Both the position numbers and the translations under genes were made by a program. 64,000 bases of DNA from Syntrophaceae bacterium UBA1411 (GTDB lineage: Bacteria; Desulfobacterota; Syntrophia; Syntrophales; Smithellaceae), in the NCBI GenBank assembly GCA_002304995.1, contig DBPV01000004.1, positions 1,613 through 65,612 of the forward strand, written 5' to 3'. This document shows, piece after piece, positions 1-9,765 of the stretch. Position 1 is the stretch's first letter. Every line of letters starts with the position of its first letter. The notes beneath the pieces are model-generated. The model saw nothing but the letters and a program-made list of their open reading frames with translations. It made no database searches and had not been told where the DNA came from.

Positions 1-10
1 AAATGGAACG

Positions 11-37
11 GGAAAGGGCCCGGCCGGGCCCCTTTCC
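11..37 (-). terminator. GC-rich hairpin just downstream of the SDR gene (possible terminator)
   Basis: GGAAAGGG-CCC-GGCC-GGG-CCCCTTTCC stem-loop with one bulge lies 10 nt past the stop of the minus-strand CDS 48..836. It has no clear U-tract. Confidence 0.3.
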
Positions 38-47
38 GCTCTGCGAT

Positions 48-836
48 TTATTTTTGCTTTAACGGCGCTCCCGCCGTGAATCTTTCCTGAAGCCGCCGCA
101 TGCCCTGCAGCCACCGGTCGTAATCCGACGCTTTTCTCTGGATGTAGGTTTTGACTTCCCTGTGGGGCAGAATCAGAAATTCATCGGCCGCAAAGGATTC
201 CATGACCGCCTCCGCGAGCTGCTCGGGTTTCATCAATCCGTCCACACCGGCCACGCCGCCGCCTTCGTGATCGCGCGTCATCGCCGTTTCCACCGCCTGC
301 GGACACAAGGCAAACACCTGGATGCCCTGGCCGCCGTAGGTGATCGCCAGGTTTTCCGCCAGACCCACCGCGGCGTGCTTGGTGACGGAATAAGGCAGGG
401 AACCGATCTGGCTTAAAAGTCCGGCCGCCGAAGCCGTGATCATGATCGCTCCGCCGCCGCGGGCAATCATGCCGGGGATCGCCGCCCGCGCCACGAAGAC
501 GTGCGCCAGAACGTTGATCTCCCAGATGCGCTGCCAGGTTTCGTTGTCCACTTCGTATCCGCCGATGGCGATGATGCCCGCGTTGGAGCAGAAAAGATCG
601 ATGCGGCCGAACTTGTCTTCCGTCATTTTCACCAGACGGACAATATCCGCTTCCTTGCGTACGTCGCACAGCGCGGCTTCACCCTTGACTTCTGCGGCGA
701 CGGCCTTCGCGCCTGCCTCATTGACGTCCGCCGCGACGATTGCTTTTGCGCCTGCTTTGGCAAACCTCTGGCACAGTCCCCGGCCGATGCCGGAGGCCGC
801 GCCTGTCACAACAACTACTTTTCCCGCTACTTCCAT
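48..836 (-). CDS. short-chain dehydrogenase/reductase (SDR family oxidoreductase)
   Basis: 262 aa. N-terminal TGAASGIG Rossmann motif, NAG motif (SNAGI) and YSVTK (YxxxK) catalytic motif. Confidence 0.85.
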   Translation of the reverse strand: MEVAGKVVVVTGAASGIGRGLCQRFAKAGAKAIVAADVNEAGAKAVAAEVKGEAALCDVRKEADIVRLVKMTEDKFGRIDLFCSNAGIIAIGGYEVDNETWQRIWEINVLAHVFVARAAIPGMIARGGGAIMITASAAGLLSQIGSLPYSVTKHAAVGLAENLAITYGGQGIQVFALCPQAVETAMTRDHEGGGVAGVDGLMKPEQLAEAVMESFAADEFLILPHREVKTYIQRKASDYDRWLQGMRRLQERFTAGAPLKQK

Positions 837-871
837 TCTCTATATCCTCACCTTTCTGTGAATTTTGCCTT

Positions 872-2647
872 TTACCGGCCCCGGTAGGGCCACGCCTCCC
901 ACAAAGGCCGGATTTCCTTTTCCCTGGGCTCCGCCTGAAGGGCATCCAAAACCATCTGCTTGGTCAGCTCGCCTCTGGACATGGCGATCCTGGCCTTTTC
1001 CAGGTCCGCGTCCAGAAGCAGCGTTTTGGGAAATCCTGCGATATTGGACCAGGGCGACCACTTGGGCAGGCCCGGCTTGTTGGGGTTGCCCGTCTTCGCA
1101 AATTGCGCCCAGTAGTCCATCATCGCCTGCGATAGGGCCGTCCGGCCCGGTTTGTTTTTGTCGCTGAAGACCAGCGCGCCTAAAGACGCCTTTTCGGTTC
1201 CGAAGACAAAATCGATTTCCATCGCGTGGCAGGCGCCCAGAATCACGTTCAGCGGAAAAGCCATCACGGGATTGGCCGCTCCCCCCGCGCCCCAGAGGAA
1301 CTGATAGGTAAAGATGAAAGGCTGGCCTTCGTTGTCCCGCATCGTCCGCGCGGGATCGTCCACGGCCATGACCTTCCAGCTGTCGCTCTGATATTTGGCC
1401 ACGAGATTGTACAGCTCCATTTTCGCCGGGTCTTTAAGCAGTGATCCGTCCTGGCGCCAGCCGGCAAATACCGGATAGAGACGGATGAATAATTTCGCCT
1501 CTTCCTTGTTGGTGCCCAGAATCAGCGGCACCTTGTTGTAGTTTCCGGACTCGAGCGCCCCGTAAAAATCGGCGGGCAGGATTTTGCCGTCGCTGAAGGC
1601 CGTGGGAAACCGGATCATGCCGGCAGCCGGGCCTTCCGGGTAGAGAGCCAGAAAATCGGCGGACGATTTGGAGCGCAGATAGCTTTCAACCTCAGCCGCG
1701 GGCATGGCGGACACGAGGGCCGCGGCTGCTTTGGCATCGGCCGCCTTGCCGTCCTTCACAAGCAGCTTGGCCAAAAGAGCGTTCACGTGCGCCGCGCCCT
1801 CAGCGGGTGTCGACGGACGGATCACTCCGCTTTGGGAAATCGCCTTATGGAACAGGCCGGCCGCCGCGGGCGAACTCACCAGACAATAGACATTCTGGCC
1901 GCCGGCGGATTCGCCGGCAATCGTGACGTTGTCCGGATCGCCGCCAAAATAGGCGATGTTGGCTTTCACCCAGCGAAGCGCGGCCATCAGATCCAAAAGC
2001 GCAAAGTTTCCGGAATCCTCGGCCGGATCGCCGGCGGCAAGCGCCGGATGGCTGAAAAATCCCATCGGGCCGAGACGGTAGTTGACCGTCACCACCACCA
2101 GATTGCCCCGGGCGGCCAGGTAGCCGCCGTTCTGCAAGGACAGGAGCGGCCACTGGATGCTGTTGCCGCCGCCGTGAATCCAGAAAAAGACGGGCAGTTT
2201 GCCCGCCGCGTTTTTCGGCGACCAGATATTCAGATACAGACAATCCTCGCTGCCGGTCACCACCTGGGCGGTCGCGGGATTGCGGTCATGATCGATATAC
2301 TGGGGACACAAAGAGCAGAACTTATCCGCCTTCAAGGGCTGCGGCCGCTTTTCGGGCGCCTGGGGCGCCTTCCAGCGCAGCGCGCCGACCGGCGGCCTGG
2401 CGTAGGGAATGGCCTTCCAGACATTCGTGCCGGTGGCCGGATCTGCAAATCCGATGACGACTCCTTCGGTCGTCGCCCGCTCTGCGGCCGCCGGAGCTTC
2501 CGCTTTGACCGCAGGCGCCGTTGCCGGAGGCGCCGCAACGGTTTTTCCCGTCGCGCACCCCGCCAGGATCAGCGCGGCAAGAGAAACCAACAACGATAAG
2601 GCACGCCATACTCCCGTATGATCCGAAAATACTGCTTTGGGCGACAT
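872..2647 (-). CDS. type-B carboxylesterase/lipase family protein, probable lipoprotein
   Basis: 591 aa. Signal peptide with lipobox LILAGC. HGGG oxyanion motif (WIHGGGN) and GESAGG nucleophile elbow typical of the carboxylesterase type B family. Confidence 0.85.
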   Translation of the reverse strand: MSPKAVFSDHTGVWRALSLLVSLAALILAGCATGKTVAAPPATAPAVKAEAPAAAERATTEGVVIGFADPATGTNVWKAIPYARPPVGALRWKAPQAPEKRPQPLKADKFCSLCPQYIDHDRNPATAQVVTGSEDCLYLNIWSPKNAAGKLPVFFWIHGGGNSIQWPLLSLQNGGYLAARGNLVVVTVNYRLGPMGFFSHPALAAGDPAEDSGNFALLDLMAALRWVKANIAYFGGDPDNVTIAGESAGGQNVYCLVSSPAAAGLFHKAISQSGVIRPSTPAEGAAHVNALLAKLLVKDGKAADAKAAAALVSAMPAAEVESYLRSKSSADFLALYPEGPAAGMIRFPTAFSDGKILPADFYGALESGNYNKVPLILGTNKEEAKLFIRLYPVFAGWRQDGSLLKDPAKMELYNLVAKYQSDSWKVMAVDDPARTMRDNEGQPFIFTYQFLWGAGGAANPVMAFPLNVILGACHAMEIDFVFGTEKASLGALVFSDKNKPGRTALSQAMMDYWAQFAKTGNPNKPGLPKWSPWSNIAGFPKTLLLDADLEKARIAMSRGELTKQMVLDALQAEPREKEIRPLWEAWPYRGR

Positions 2648-2706
2648 TTTCCCGATCCTCCTTTTCGTTATTTTTTAAAACGGATTGTTCCGAACATCCC
2701 GACGTT

Positions 2707-3519
2707 TCAGCCGGCGAGCTCTTTGGCCCTTTGCGTTGCCGCTTCCACGGCGGCCATCAGCGTGGCGCGAAGCTTTCCTTCTTCCAGGACCTTCAGTCCC
2801 GCGGCGGTTGTGCCGCCCGGCGAGGTTACCATGTTTTTGAGCTGCGCGGGATGCTGACCGCTTTCGAGGCACAGGCGCGCCGAGCCCAGCATCGTCTGCG
2901 CCGCCAGTTTTTCGGCCAGGCCGCGCGCCAGGCCGAGTTGAACGCCTGCGTCGGTCAGGGCTTCAATCATCATGAAGCAGTACGCCGGGCCGCTGCCGCT
3001 CAAGCCCGTCACCGCGTCCATCAGCTTTTCCTCGACTTCCACCGCCAGTCCCACGGCGTTGAAAATGGCGAGCGCGTACCTGGCGTCTTCCTCCTGTGCA
3101 AACCGGCCGCGCGCCACGGCCGTAGCGCCCGCGCCCGCAAGCGCGTTGACGTTGGGCATCACGCGGAGCACCCGGGGGCTTTTGGTCAGAAGCTTTTCAA
3201 TGAATTCGGTCTTCACGCCCGCGGCGATGGAGATGAAAATCTTTTTCTTCGTGACGGCCGGCCGCAGCGGCTTGAGGGCTTCCGGAAAGTTCTGGGGCTT
3301 GACCGCCAGCAAAACGATGTCCGCGCCGAGCACCGCTTTTTGATTGTCCGTCGTCGTCCGGATGCCGCAAGAGGTGCGCAGTTCCCCGAGCCTCGCGGCG
3401 TCGACGTCCGCCACCGTGATGTGTTTTGCCGCCACAATGCCGCGGTCGATCATTCCGCGGACGATAATCCCGCCCATTTTCCCGCCGCCGATCACGGCCA
3501 CTTTCTTTCCTGTAAACAT
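2707..3519 (-). CDS. proC: pyrroline-5-carboxylate reductase
   Basis: 270 aa. VAVIGGGKMG dinucleotide fold. C-terminal SPGGTT motif and overall ProC-like sequence. Conserved neighbourhood with yggT/DUF167. Confidence 0.9.
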   Translation of the reverse strand: MFTGKKVAVIGGGKMGGIIVRGMIDRGIVAAKHITVADVDAARLGELRTSCGIRTTTDNQKAVLGADIVLLAVKPQNFPEALKPLRPAVTKKKIFISIAAGVKTEFIEKLLTKSPRVLRVMPNVNALAGAGATAVARGRFAQEEDARYALAIFNAVGLAVEVEEKLMDAVTGLSGSGPAYCFMMIEALTDAGVQLGLARGLAEKLAAQTMLGSARLCLESGQHPAQLKNMVTSPGGTTAAGLKVLEEGKLRATLMAAVEAATQRAKELAG

Positions 3520-3660
3520 AGGTTAGTCAGACCTCCGGGTGATGGCTTCATACATGCACTTTTTCGCGTCGTCCTGTCAATACAATTCCTGGGGACGCGC
3601 CATTCTTCCGTTGCATTCAAATTTGCTTTTGTGATAGTCACTTGCCGGAGGGTGTCAACC

Positions 3661-4443
3661 ATGCTGAAATATTTTACCGTACAGGAAAACCAAACGGCGG
3701 TCTGGATCAATCCGCACCGTTTCGGCGAACACAGGCAAAGTCTCGTTTTCATTCACGGCTCCGGCGGCAATTCCGGCGCCTGGCTCTACCAGTATTCCCA
3801 ATTGGACAAAGCGTTCAATATCGCCGCCGTCAACCTTCCGGGACACGGCGAATCCGCCGGAACGGGCCGGCAGGAAATTCGGGAGTACACGCTCTTCCTG
3901 CGGGAGATGCTCGGCGTTCTTTCGCTTGTTAAACCGCTTCTGATCGGCCATTCGCTGGGCGCGGCCGTCGCCCTGGATTTCGCCGCCGAATTTCCCGGCC
4001 TGGCGGGCGGCATCGTCCCCGTGGGCGGGGGCGTCACCATGCCGGTCAATGCGGACATGATCAGCGGTTTTCGCAGCCAGCCCCAAATCGTACTGGATAT
4101 GATGTGCAAGTTTTCCCTGGCCAAGGAAAACCGGCCCCGGCTCTACGACGCGCTGCGGGCAAGTTTGGGCGAAGCGTCCGTCGAGGTCACGGCCGGCGAC
4201 ATGCTGGCGTGCAGCAAATTCGACATTGCCCCGCGGATCGCGGGGATTTCAGCGCCCGCGCTCGTCATCTGCGGCACGGAAGACAAAATGATGCCGCCTT
4301 CCGCCTCGGAGCAGATCGCCCGGAGCCTTCCCGGCGCAAAGCTCGTTCTGATCGAAGGCGCGGGCCACATGGTGATGATGGAACAGCCGCAGGCGTTCAA
4401 CGCCGCGCTGCAGGATTTCGCCTTGTCTCTGCCCGCCGTGTAG
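3661..4443 (+). CDS. alpha/beta-fold hydrolase
   Basis: This is the real part of track ORF 2521..4443, starting at ATG 3661 (MLKYFTVQ...). HGSGG oxyanion region, GHSLG nucleophile elbow and C-terminal GAGHMVMMEQP motif. The 5' 380 codons of the track ORF are antisense to proC. Confidence 0.85.
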   Translation: MLKYFTVQENQTAVWINPHRFGEHRQSLVFIHGSGGNSGAWLYQYSQLDKAFNIAAVNLPGHGESAGTGRQEIREYTLFLREMLGVLSLVKPLLIGHSLGAAVALDFAAEFPGLAGGIVPVGGGVTMPVNADMISGFRSQPQIVLDMMCKFSLAKENRPRLYDALRASLGEASVEVTAGDMLACSKFDIAPRIAGISAPALVICGTEDKMMPPSASEQIARSLPGAKLVLIEGAGHMVMMEQPQAFNAALQDFALSLPAV

Positions 4444-4468
4444 CACAACGCCAATAACGGAGGACTTC

Positions 4469-4771
4469 ATGCTCAGCATCGGCGCCGGTAATTTTTTGAT
4501 CGCCATCGCCAAGGTCATCGACATCGTGCTCACGGTGTACCTGTGGATCATCGTGGCGCGCGCACTCATCTCCTGGGTCAATCCCGATCCCTACAACAAG
4601 ATCGTGATCTTCCTGTACCGCGTCACTGAACCGGTGCTGCGGCCGATCCGCAGAATCATTCCGCGGCACAGCCTGCCCATCGATTTTGCGCCGCTGGTCG
4701 TTTTGCTGATCATTTTCTTCCTGCAGTACTTTCTGGTGCAGACCCTGATTCAACTGGCGGGCGGCATCTAG
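4469..4771 (+). CDS. yggT: YggT family membrane protein
   Basis: 100 aa with two TM segments. The sequence ...ARALISWVNPDPYN...EPVLRPIRR... is typical of YggT/Ycf19. Confidence 0.85.
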   Translation: MLSIGAGNFLIAIAKVIDIVLTVYLWIIVARALISWVNPDPYNKIVIFLYRVTEPVLRPIRRIIPRHSLPIDFAPLVVLLIIFFLQYFLVQTLIQLAGGI

Positions 4772-4786
4772 AGAAAGGCGGGCCCA

Positions 4787-5098
4787 GTGACCGGCGCACC
4801 CCTCATTCGCGAAACCAAAGACGGCCTGTCCTTCGAGATCCACGTCAATCCGCATGCATCGCGGGCCCAAATCGCGGGGTTTGCCGACGGCGTCCTGAAG
4901 GTCAAAGTCACGGCGCCGCCGGTGGAAGGCGCGGCAAACGCCGCCTGCATCGCGCTTCTGGCAAAAAAGCTGGGGCTGCGGAAAAGCGAGATCGCCATTT
5001 TGGCGGGCGAACGGGGGCGAAAAAAAACGATTGTGGTGAGCGGCATCGACAAGGCGCTTCTGGAAAAGAAGCTCCGCGAGCTCGCAAACGCTTCCTGA
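4787..5098 (+). CDS. DUF167 (YggU-like) protein
   Basis: 103 aa with GTG start. The core ...V.V.P.AS...I.G......LKVKVTAPPVEGAAN... is characteristic of DUF167. Conserved position after yggT. Confidence 0.8.
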   Translation: MTGAPLIRETKDGLSFEIHVNPHASRAQIAGFADGVLKVKVTAPPVEGAANAACIALLAKKLGLRKSEIAILAGERGRKKTIVVSGIDKALLEKKLRELANAS

Positions 5099-5150
5099 AA
5101 AGGAAAAAACAAAGCGCGGCCGGATTGGCCCGGCCGGCGCGGACAGGCCC

Positions 5151-6737
5151 ATGGAACAGCACGCCTCTTCATCCGAAAACGCAAACGTCGCCAAAGCGGC
5201 GGGCATCGTCGGCGCGGCCACGATGGTCAGCCGCGTTTTCGGCGTCGTCCGGGATATGGTCATCGCCGCCTTCTTCGGCGCCACCTGGATGACCGACGCC
5301 TTTTGGGTGGCTTTCCGCATTCCCAACATGCTGCGGCGCCTTCTGGGCGAAGGCTCGCTCACCGTCTCTTTTGTCCCCGTCTTTACCGAGTACCTGCAGA
5401 AGAAGTCCCGGGAGGAAGCCCTCGACCTGGCGTCAAACGCGCTCACGATTCTGTCCGTCCTCCTGGCGTTGATTTCCGTCCTCGGCATCTGCCTGTCGCC
5501 GGTCATCGTCGGATTGATCGCGCCGGGGTTCATCGCCCATCGCGAACAGTTTGACCTGGCGGTCTTTCTGAACCGCCTGATGTTTCCCTACATCTTCTTC
5601 ATCGCGCTTGTCGCCCTGTGCATGGGCATTCTGAACTCCTTCCGCCATTTCACGGCGCCGGCCCTGTCGCCGGTTCTGCTCAACATCGCCATGATCGCGG
5701 CCACGCTGGGCCTGCGCGATTTCTTCGCCCAGCCGGTGACGGCGCTCGCCGCAGGCGTCCTGGCGGGCGGCGTCCTGCAGCTTGCCATGCAGTGGCCCGC
5801 GCTCCGGAAATATGGCATCCGTTTCCGGTTTCGTTTTTCTCTGCGGCATCCGGGCATCCGCCAGATTGGGGCGCTCATGCTGCCGGCCATCCTCGGCGCC
5901 GGCGTGGGCACGATCAATGTCTTTGTCGGAACGATTCTCGCGTCGCTGCTGCCGGCCGGCTCCGTCACCTACCTGTTTTACGCGGACCGGATCATGGAAT
6001 TTCCGCTGGGCATTTTTGCCATCGCCATCGGCACGGCGGCCCTGCCCAGCTTTTCCAAGCACGTCGCCGCGGGGCGGACGGACGAACTGAAATCCGGCAT
6101 CTCCTTTTCGCTCCGGCTGATGCTCTTTCTGACCATTCCGTCGATGGCCGCCCTGATGGCGCTCAACGCGCCGATCATCTCCGTTTTGTTTCAGCGCGGC
6201 GCTTTTAACGCCGACGCGGCCGTCAAAACGGGCCAGGCCCTCTTCTGCTATGCGCTGGGCCTGTGGGCATACGCGATGCTCCGCGTTTTTGTGTCGGCTT
6301 TTTATTCTCTTAAGGATTCCAAGTGGCCGACCAAGGCGGCCGTCATCGCGCTCATCGTCAACGTCGTTTTCAGCCTGATCCTCATGTCCCCCCTGAAACA
6401 CAACGGCATCGCCCTGGCCGGGTCTCTTTCCGCCGCGGCGAACGTCCTCATTCTCGCGTGGGTGCTGAAAACAAAAATCGGCGGCTATCTCGACCGCCCC
6501 TTTTTCCTGTCCATTTTCAAAATCATCGCCGCGTCGGTCATCATGCTGGGCGGCATTTTCCTGGTGCAGACCGCAATGCCGTGGAATCCGCTGGCGGGCT
6601 TCCGGTCCCGACTGCTCTTCCTGGTCCTGGCCATCGCCACAGGCGGCCTGGTTTTTCTTGCGAGCGCCTGGTGGCTGAAAAGTCCGGAAATGCAGGCGCT
6701 CGCCTCCACCCTCAAAAAGCGGCTGGGCCGGCCGTAA
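5151..6737 (+). CDS. murJ: lipid II flippase MurJ (MviN)
   Basis: 528 aa polytopic membrane protein. The N-terminus ...SRVFGVVRDMVIAAFFGA...DAFWVAFRIPNMLRRLLGEGSL is the MurJ signature. Confidence 0.92.
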   Translation: MEQHASSSENANVAKAAGIVGAATMVSRVFGVVRDMVIAAFFGATWMTDAFWVAFRIPNMLRRLLGEGSLTVSFVPVFTEYLQKKSREEALDLASNALTILSVLLALISVLGICLSPVIVGLIAPGFIAHREQFDLAVFLNRLMFPYIFFIALVALCMGILNSFRHFTAPALSPVLLNIAMIAATLGLRDFFAQPVTALAAGVLAGGVLQLAMQWPALRKYGIRFRFRFSLRHPGIRQIGALMLPAILGAGVGTINVFVGTILASLLPAGSVTYLFYADRIMEFPLGIFAIAIGTAALPSFSKHVAAGRTDELKSGISFSLRLMLFLTIPSMAALMALNAPIISVLFQRGAFNADAAVKTGQALFCYALGLWAYAMLRVFVSAFYSLKDSKWPTKAAVIALIVNVVFSLILMSPLKHNGIALAGSLSAAANVLILAWVLKTKIGGYLDRPFFLSIFKIIAASVIMLGGIFLVQTAMPWNPLAGFRSRLLFLVLAIATGGLVFLASAWWLKSPEMQALASTLKKRLGRP

Positions 6738-6837
6738 GGCCGCCGCATCAGACAAAATCATTGACTTGAAGATTCCAAAGTGATAGGTGTTTCCGTCCTC
6801 GGCGGGAGGCAACAGCCGGGGGTGATGAAGGTTATTT

Positions 6838-8112
6838 ATGCTGGATATCAAGTATTTAAGACAGAACATCGATTTCGTCCAGAAGAAGATGAACGAGCGG
6901 GGTCAAAATATCGATTTTGACCGTTTTTTAAACCTGGAAGCCAAAAGGCGCGACATCCTGCAGGCGGTGGAAACGCTGCGCAACGAACGCAACAGCGTTT
7001 CGAAGCAGGTCGGCGAACTCAAGAAGAAAAAAGAGGACGCCTCAGCGCTCATCGCCCGGATGGGCGAGGTTTCCGCCAAGATCAAGGAATATGACGAAAG
7101 CCTGCGCCTGACCGAAGAAGAACTCGGCGCCTTCGTCATGATCGTGCCGAATGTTCAGCACGAATCCGTGCCGTTGGGCAGCGGTTCGGAAGACAATACG
7201 GTCGTCCGCACCTGGGGCGAAAAGCCAGTGCTGGACTTTGAGCCCAAGCAGCATTTCGAGCTCGGCGAAAATCTGAACATCCTGGATTTCGCCCGCGGCG
7301 CCAAAATCACCGGAGCGCGCTTCACGCTTTACCGGGGCGCCGCCGCGCAGCTGGAACGGGCTATCACCAATTTCATGCTGGATCTGCACACCCGGGAGCA
7401 CGGCTACACCGAAGTGCTGACGCCCTTCATGGTCAACGCCGACAGCATGACCGGCACGGGCCAGCTTCCGAAGTTCAAGGAAGACCTGTTCAAGATCGAA
7501 GGCATGGAGTACTACCTGATTCCGACGGCCGAAGTTCCGGTCACCAACATTTACCGGGACGAAATCCTCGACGAAGACCTGCTGCCCGTGTACTTTGTGG
7601 CGTATTCGCCCTGCTTCCGCGCGGAGGCCGGCTCCTACGGCAAGGACACGCGGGGGCTGATCCGTCAGCACCAGTTCAACAAGGTGGAGATGGTCAAGTT
7701 CTCGAAGCCGGAAACGTCCTACGACGAGCTGGAAAAGCTCACGGCCAACGCGGAGATGGTGCTCAAAAGACTCGGCATCCATTATCGGACGGTCTGCCTG
7801 TGCACGGCCGATCTGGGATTCTCCTCGGCCAAAACGTACGACGTGGAAGCGTGGCTGCCCGGACAGAACGCCTACCGGGAAATTTCGTCGTGCAGCAATT
7901 TTGAAGACTTTCAGGCCAGACGGGCGGCTATCCGCTATCGCCGGAAAGACAACGGCAAGGTGGAATTCGTCCACACGCTGAACGGTTCGGGCCTGGCGGT
8001 CGGCCGGACGGTCGTGGCGGTCATGGAAAACTATCAGCAGGCGGACGGGAGCATCATCATCCCTGAAGTCCTGCGTCCTTATATGAAAGGTCTTGAGCGC
8101 ATTGCTCCTTGA
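6838..8112 (+). CDS. serS: seryl-tRNA synthetase
   Basis: 424 aa. N-terminal coiled-coil tRNA-binding arm. Class II motifs (..FRAEAGS.., ..GSGLAVGRT..). Confidence 0.95.
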   Translation: MLDIKYLRQNIDFVQKKMNERGQNIDFDRFLNLEAKRRDILQAVETLRNERNSVSKQVGELKKKKEDASALIARMGEVSAKIKEYDESLRLTEEELGAFVMIVPNVQHESVPLGSGSEDNTVVRTWGEKPVLDFEPKQHFELGENLNILDFARGAKITGARFTLYRGAAAQLERAITNFMLDLHTREHGYTEVLTPFMVNADSMTGTGQLPKFKEDLFKIEGMEYYLIPTAEVPVTNIYRDEILDEDLLPVYFVAYSPCFRAEAGSYGKDTRGLIRQHQFNKVEMVKFSKPETSYDELEKLTANAEMVLKRLGIHYRTVCLCTADLGFSSAKTYDVEAWLPGQNAYREISSCSNFEDFQARRAAIRYRRKDNGKVEFVHTLNGSGLAVGRTVVAVMENYQQADGSIIIPEVLRPYMKGLERIAP

Positions 8113-8144
8113 GGTCTTCCGGAGGATAACCGAAAAAAACTGAT

Positions 8145-8230
8145 GGAGGGATGGCCGAGTGGTCGATGGCGGCGGTCTTGAAAACCGTTGGACGAAAGTC
8201 TCGCGGGTTCGAATCCTGCTCCCTCCGCCA
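8145..8230 (+). tRNA. tRNA-Ser (anticodon UGA), CCA encoded
   Basis: Acceptor GGAGGGA/TCCCTCC. Anticodon stem GCGGT/ACCGT with loop CTTGAAA. Long variable arm, GGTTCGAATCC T-loop and terminal GCCA. Confidence 0.9.
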
Positions 8231-8393
8231 GATAAAACGAACAGAGCCGGGAAATCACGGGACCGCCGCGGGGCGGCGCCCGAAGCGGCGCACATATCCT
8301 GCGGCGCGCTTTTCCGGCCGGAACAGCAACAGGGCGTCTTGCTTTTTTTAAGGCGTCATGTTTTAAGAAAGACAGGCCTGAAATAATTTCAGC

Positions 8394-8488
8394 GGAGAGA
8401 TGGCTGAGTGGCCGAAAGCGATCGCCTGCTAAGCGATTGTACGCCCTTTAAAGGTGTACCGCGGGTTCAAATCCCGCTCTCTCCGCCA
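8394..8488 (+). tRNA. tRNA-Ser (anticodon GCU), CCA encoded
   Basis: Acceptor GGAGAGA/TCTCTCC. Anticodon loop CTGCTAA, long variable arm, GGTTCAAATCC T-loop and terminal GCCA. Confidence 0.9.
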
Positions 8489-8617
8489 TTTTTCATTTTT
8501 AATCCCTTCCATTCTTCTCTTCCCCCCGCCCGGGAAGATGCGTTTCGTAAAATGATTCGCGGGTAAAAAAATTTCGCCCGCAATGCTCCGCCGGCTCGAG
8601 ACAATACGCGACAGCCT

Positions 8618-9733
8618 ATGGACAAGCAGTCGAAACCTTCCCTTGTAAAACAAGCGCTGAGATCAACCCTTGCCGCTTCCCGGCCGGCGGCGCAAAACAT
8701 TTCCGCCGCGCCTGTTGTCGCTTCCATGCTCGGGCTTGCCGGGCCTCTGCTCATCGGCGCGGCAGCAGGCCTTCCACAAAGCGGCGTGGTCGCTTCTCTG
8801 GGAGCCCTGATCATCGGCGGCCAGGGCCGGGAAGGCTCTCTGAAAGACACCATCACCGCCTGGACCTATGCCCTGATCGCCGGCGGCGCGGCCATGTTCA
8901 TCGGAACCGTCGTTTCAGGAAACGGCTTTGCCGGCTGGGCGATTGTCGCCCTGTGCGCCGTTGCCGGTTTCTTCGGCAGCGCAAGCAGGCCGCTGGCGCG
9001 AGCCACAGCGCAATTCATGATTCTCCTGATCATCGCCGGCAACATGCCTCCGCCGCAGGCGCATCCTCTTGGAATGACCCTTTTGTTTGCCCTGGGCGCC
9101 CTGTGGGCAGCCGCTCTTTTTTCCGGCTTGCCAATGCTTTTCCGGGCGGCTCGCCTCTTCCCCGTCGTGGATGCCTCAGCAACGGACCTTCCCCGGCCCT
9201 CCTACACGTTTCAACAGGTATTCCGCTACTGGCGAAACAATCTCCGGCATCGGCGCGGCTGGCAATATCCCCTGCGCATCACACTGTGTCTTGCCGCCGC
9301 GGAAATCATCCGGGAACTCTGGCCGCAAGACCACAGCTACTGGATTTCGCTCACCGTCGCCATCGTCGTACACCGCGATTTGCAGTCCGCCCTTACGCGC
9401 ACCGTTCAGCGAACGCTGGGGACCTTCCTCGGTGTCCTGCTCGTCAGTCTTTTTCTTCTGGGAATGCCGCCTTCGTGGGCAATCCTCTGTCTGATCGCAC
9501 TGCTTTCAGGAATAAGACTCATCCTGGCCGAAATCAACTACGCCGCCTCCGTGGCGGCGGTCACGCCGCTCATTATTCTGCTTTTGGACTTCGGCCGGCC
9601 GCCCGCGGCCGATTTAATGGCGCACCGGCTGATGGCCACTTTGGCCGGCTGCCTGATCTCCCTGATTTTGGGATATCTCCTCTGGATAAACCCGACAGGC
9701 CGTTCGCGCATGGAGTCAGAGGAAAGCAAATAA
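8618..9733 (+). CDS. FUSC / aromatic-acid-exporter-like integral membrane protein
   Basis: 371 aa with two blocks of hydrophobic helices separated by a basic loop (RYWRNNLRHRRGW). Resembles the FUSC/ArAE (YccS-like) family. Assignment is by recollection of family features only. Confidence 0.6.
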   Translation: MDKQSKPSLVKQALRSTLAASRPAAQNISAAPVVASMLGLAGPLLIGAAAGLPQSGVVASLGALIIGGQGREGSLKDTITAWTYALIAGGAAMFIGTVVSGNGFAGWAIVALCAVAGFFGSASRPLARATAQFMILLIIAGNMPPPQAHPLGMTLLFALGALWAAALFSGLPMLFRAARLFPVVDASATDLPRPSYTFQQVFRYWRNNLRHRRGWQYPLRITLCLAAAEIIRELWPQDHSYWISLTVAIVVHRDLQSALTRTVQRTLGTFLGVLLVSLFLLGMPPSWAILCLIALLSGIRLILAEINYAASVAAVTPLIILLLDFGRPPAADLMAHRLMATLAGCLISLILGYLLWINPTGRSRMESEESK

Positions 9734-9765
9734 CCTCAAACGTTCCGGGTTTGCCTGTGGTGTCT

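Noticed and set aside
2521-3660. The 5' 380 codons of the 640-aa track ORF 2521..4443 (+).
   Set aside because: This part is antisense to the well-supported proC gene. It is Arg/Ala/Gly-rich low-complexity sequence with no recognisable domain. The alpha/beta hydrolase homology begins only at ATG 3661.
7042-8295. 417-aa ORF on the minus strand, opposite serS and tRNA-Ser.
   Set aside because: It is a shadow ORF of a high-GC coding region, Arg/Gly/Pro-rich, and overlaps an unmistakable serS and a tRNA gene.

The same reasoning applies to these other long antisense ORFs:
- 5433..6869 (-)
- 11235..12908 (+)
- 13683..15338 (-)
- 15535..16374 (-)
- 19786..21309 (+)
- 26267..27523 (+)
- 27736..29118 (+)
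- 37941..38924 (-)
- 39547..40518 (-)
- 49027..50187 (-)
- 52771..54210 (-)
- 55223..56257 (+)
- 56514..57833 (+)
- 59670..60779 (-)
- 61431..62357 (+)
- 62260..63636 (+)
8151-8386. 66-75-aa ORFs overlapping the first tRNA-Ser and the tRNA spacer.
   Set aside because: They overlap a canonical tRNA, and their sequence is dictated by the tRNA (e.g. MAEWSMAAVLK from GGCCGAGTGG...). They have no coding signature.
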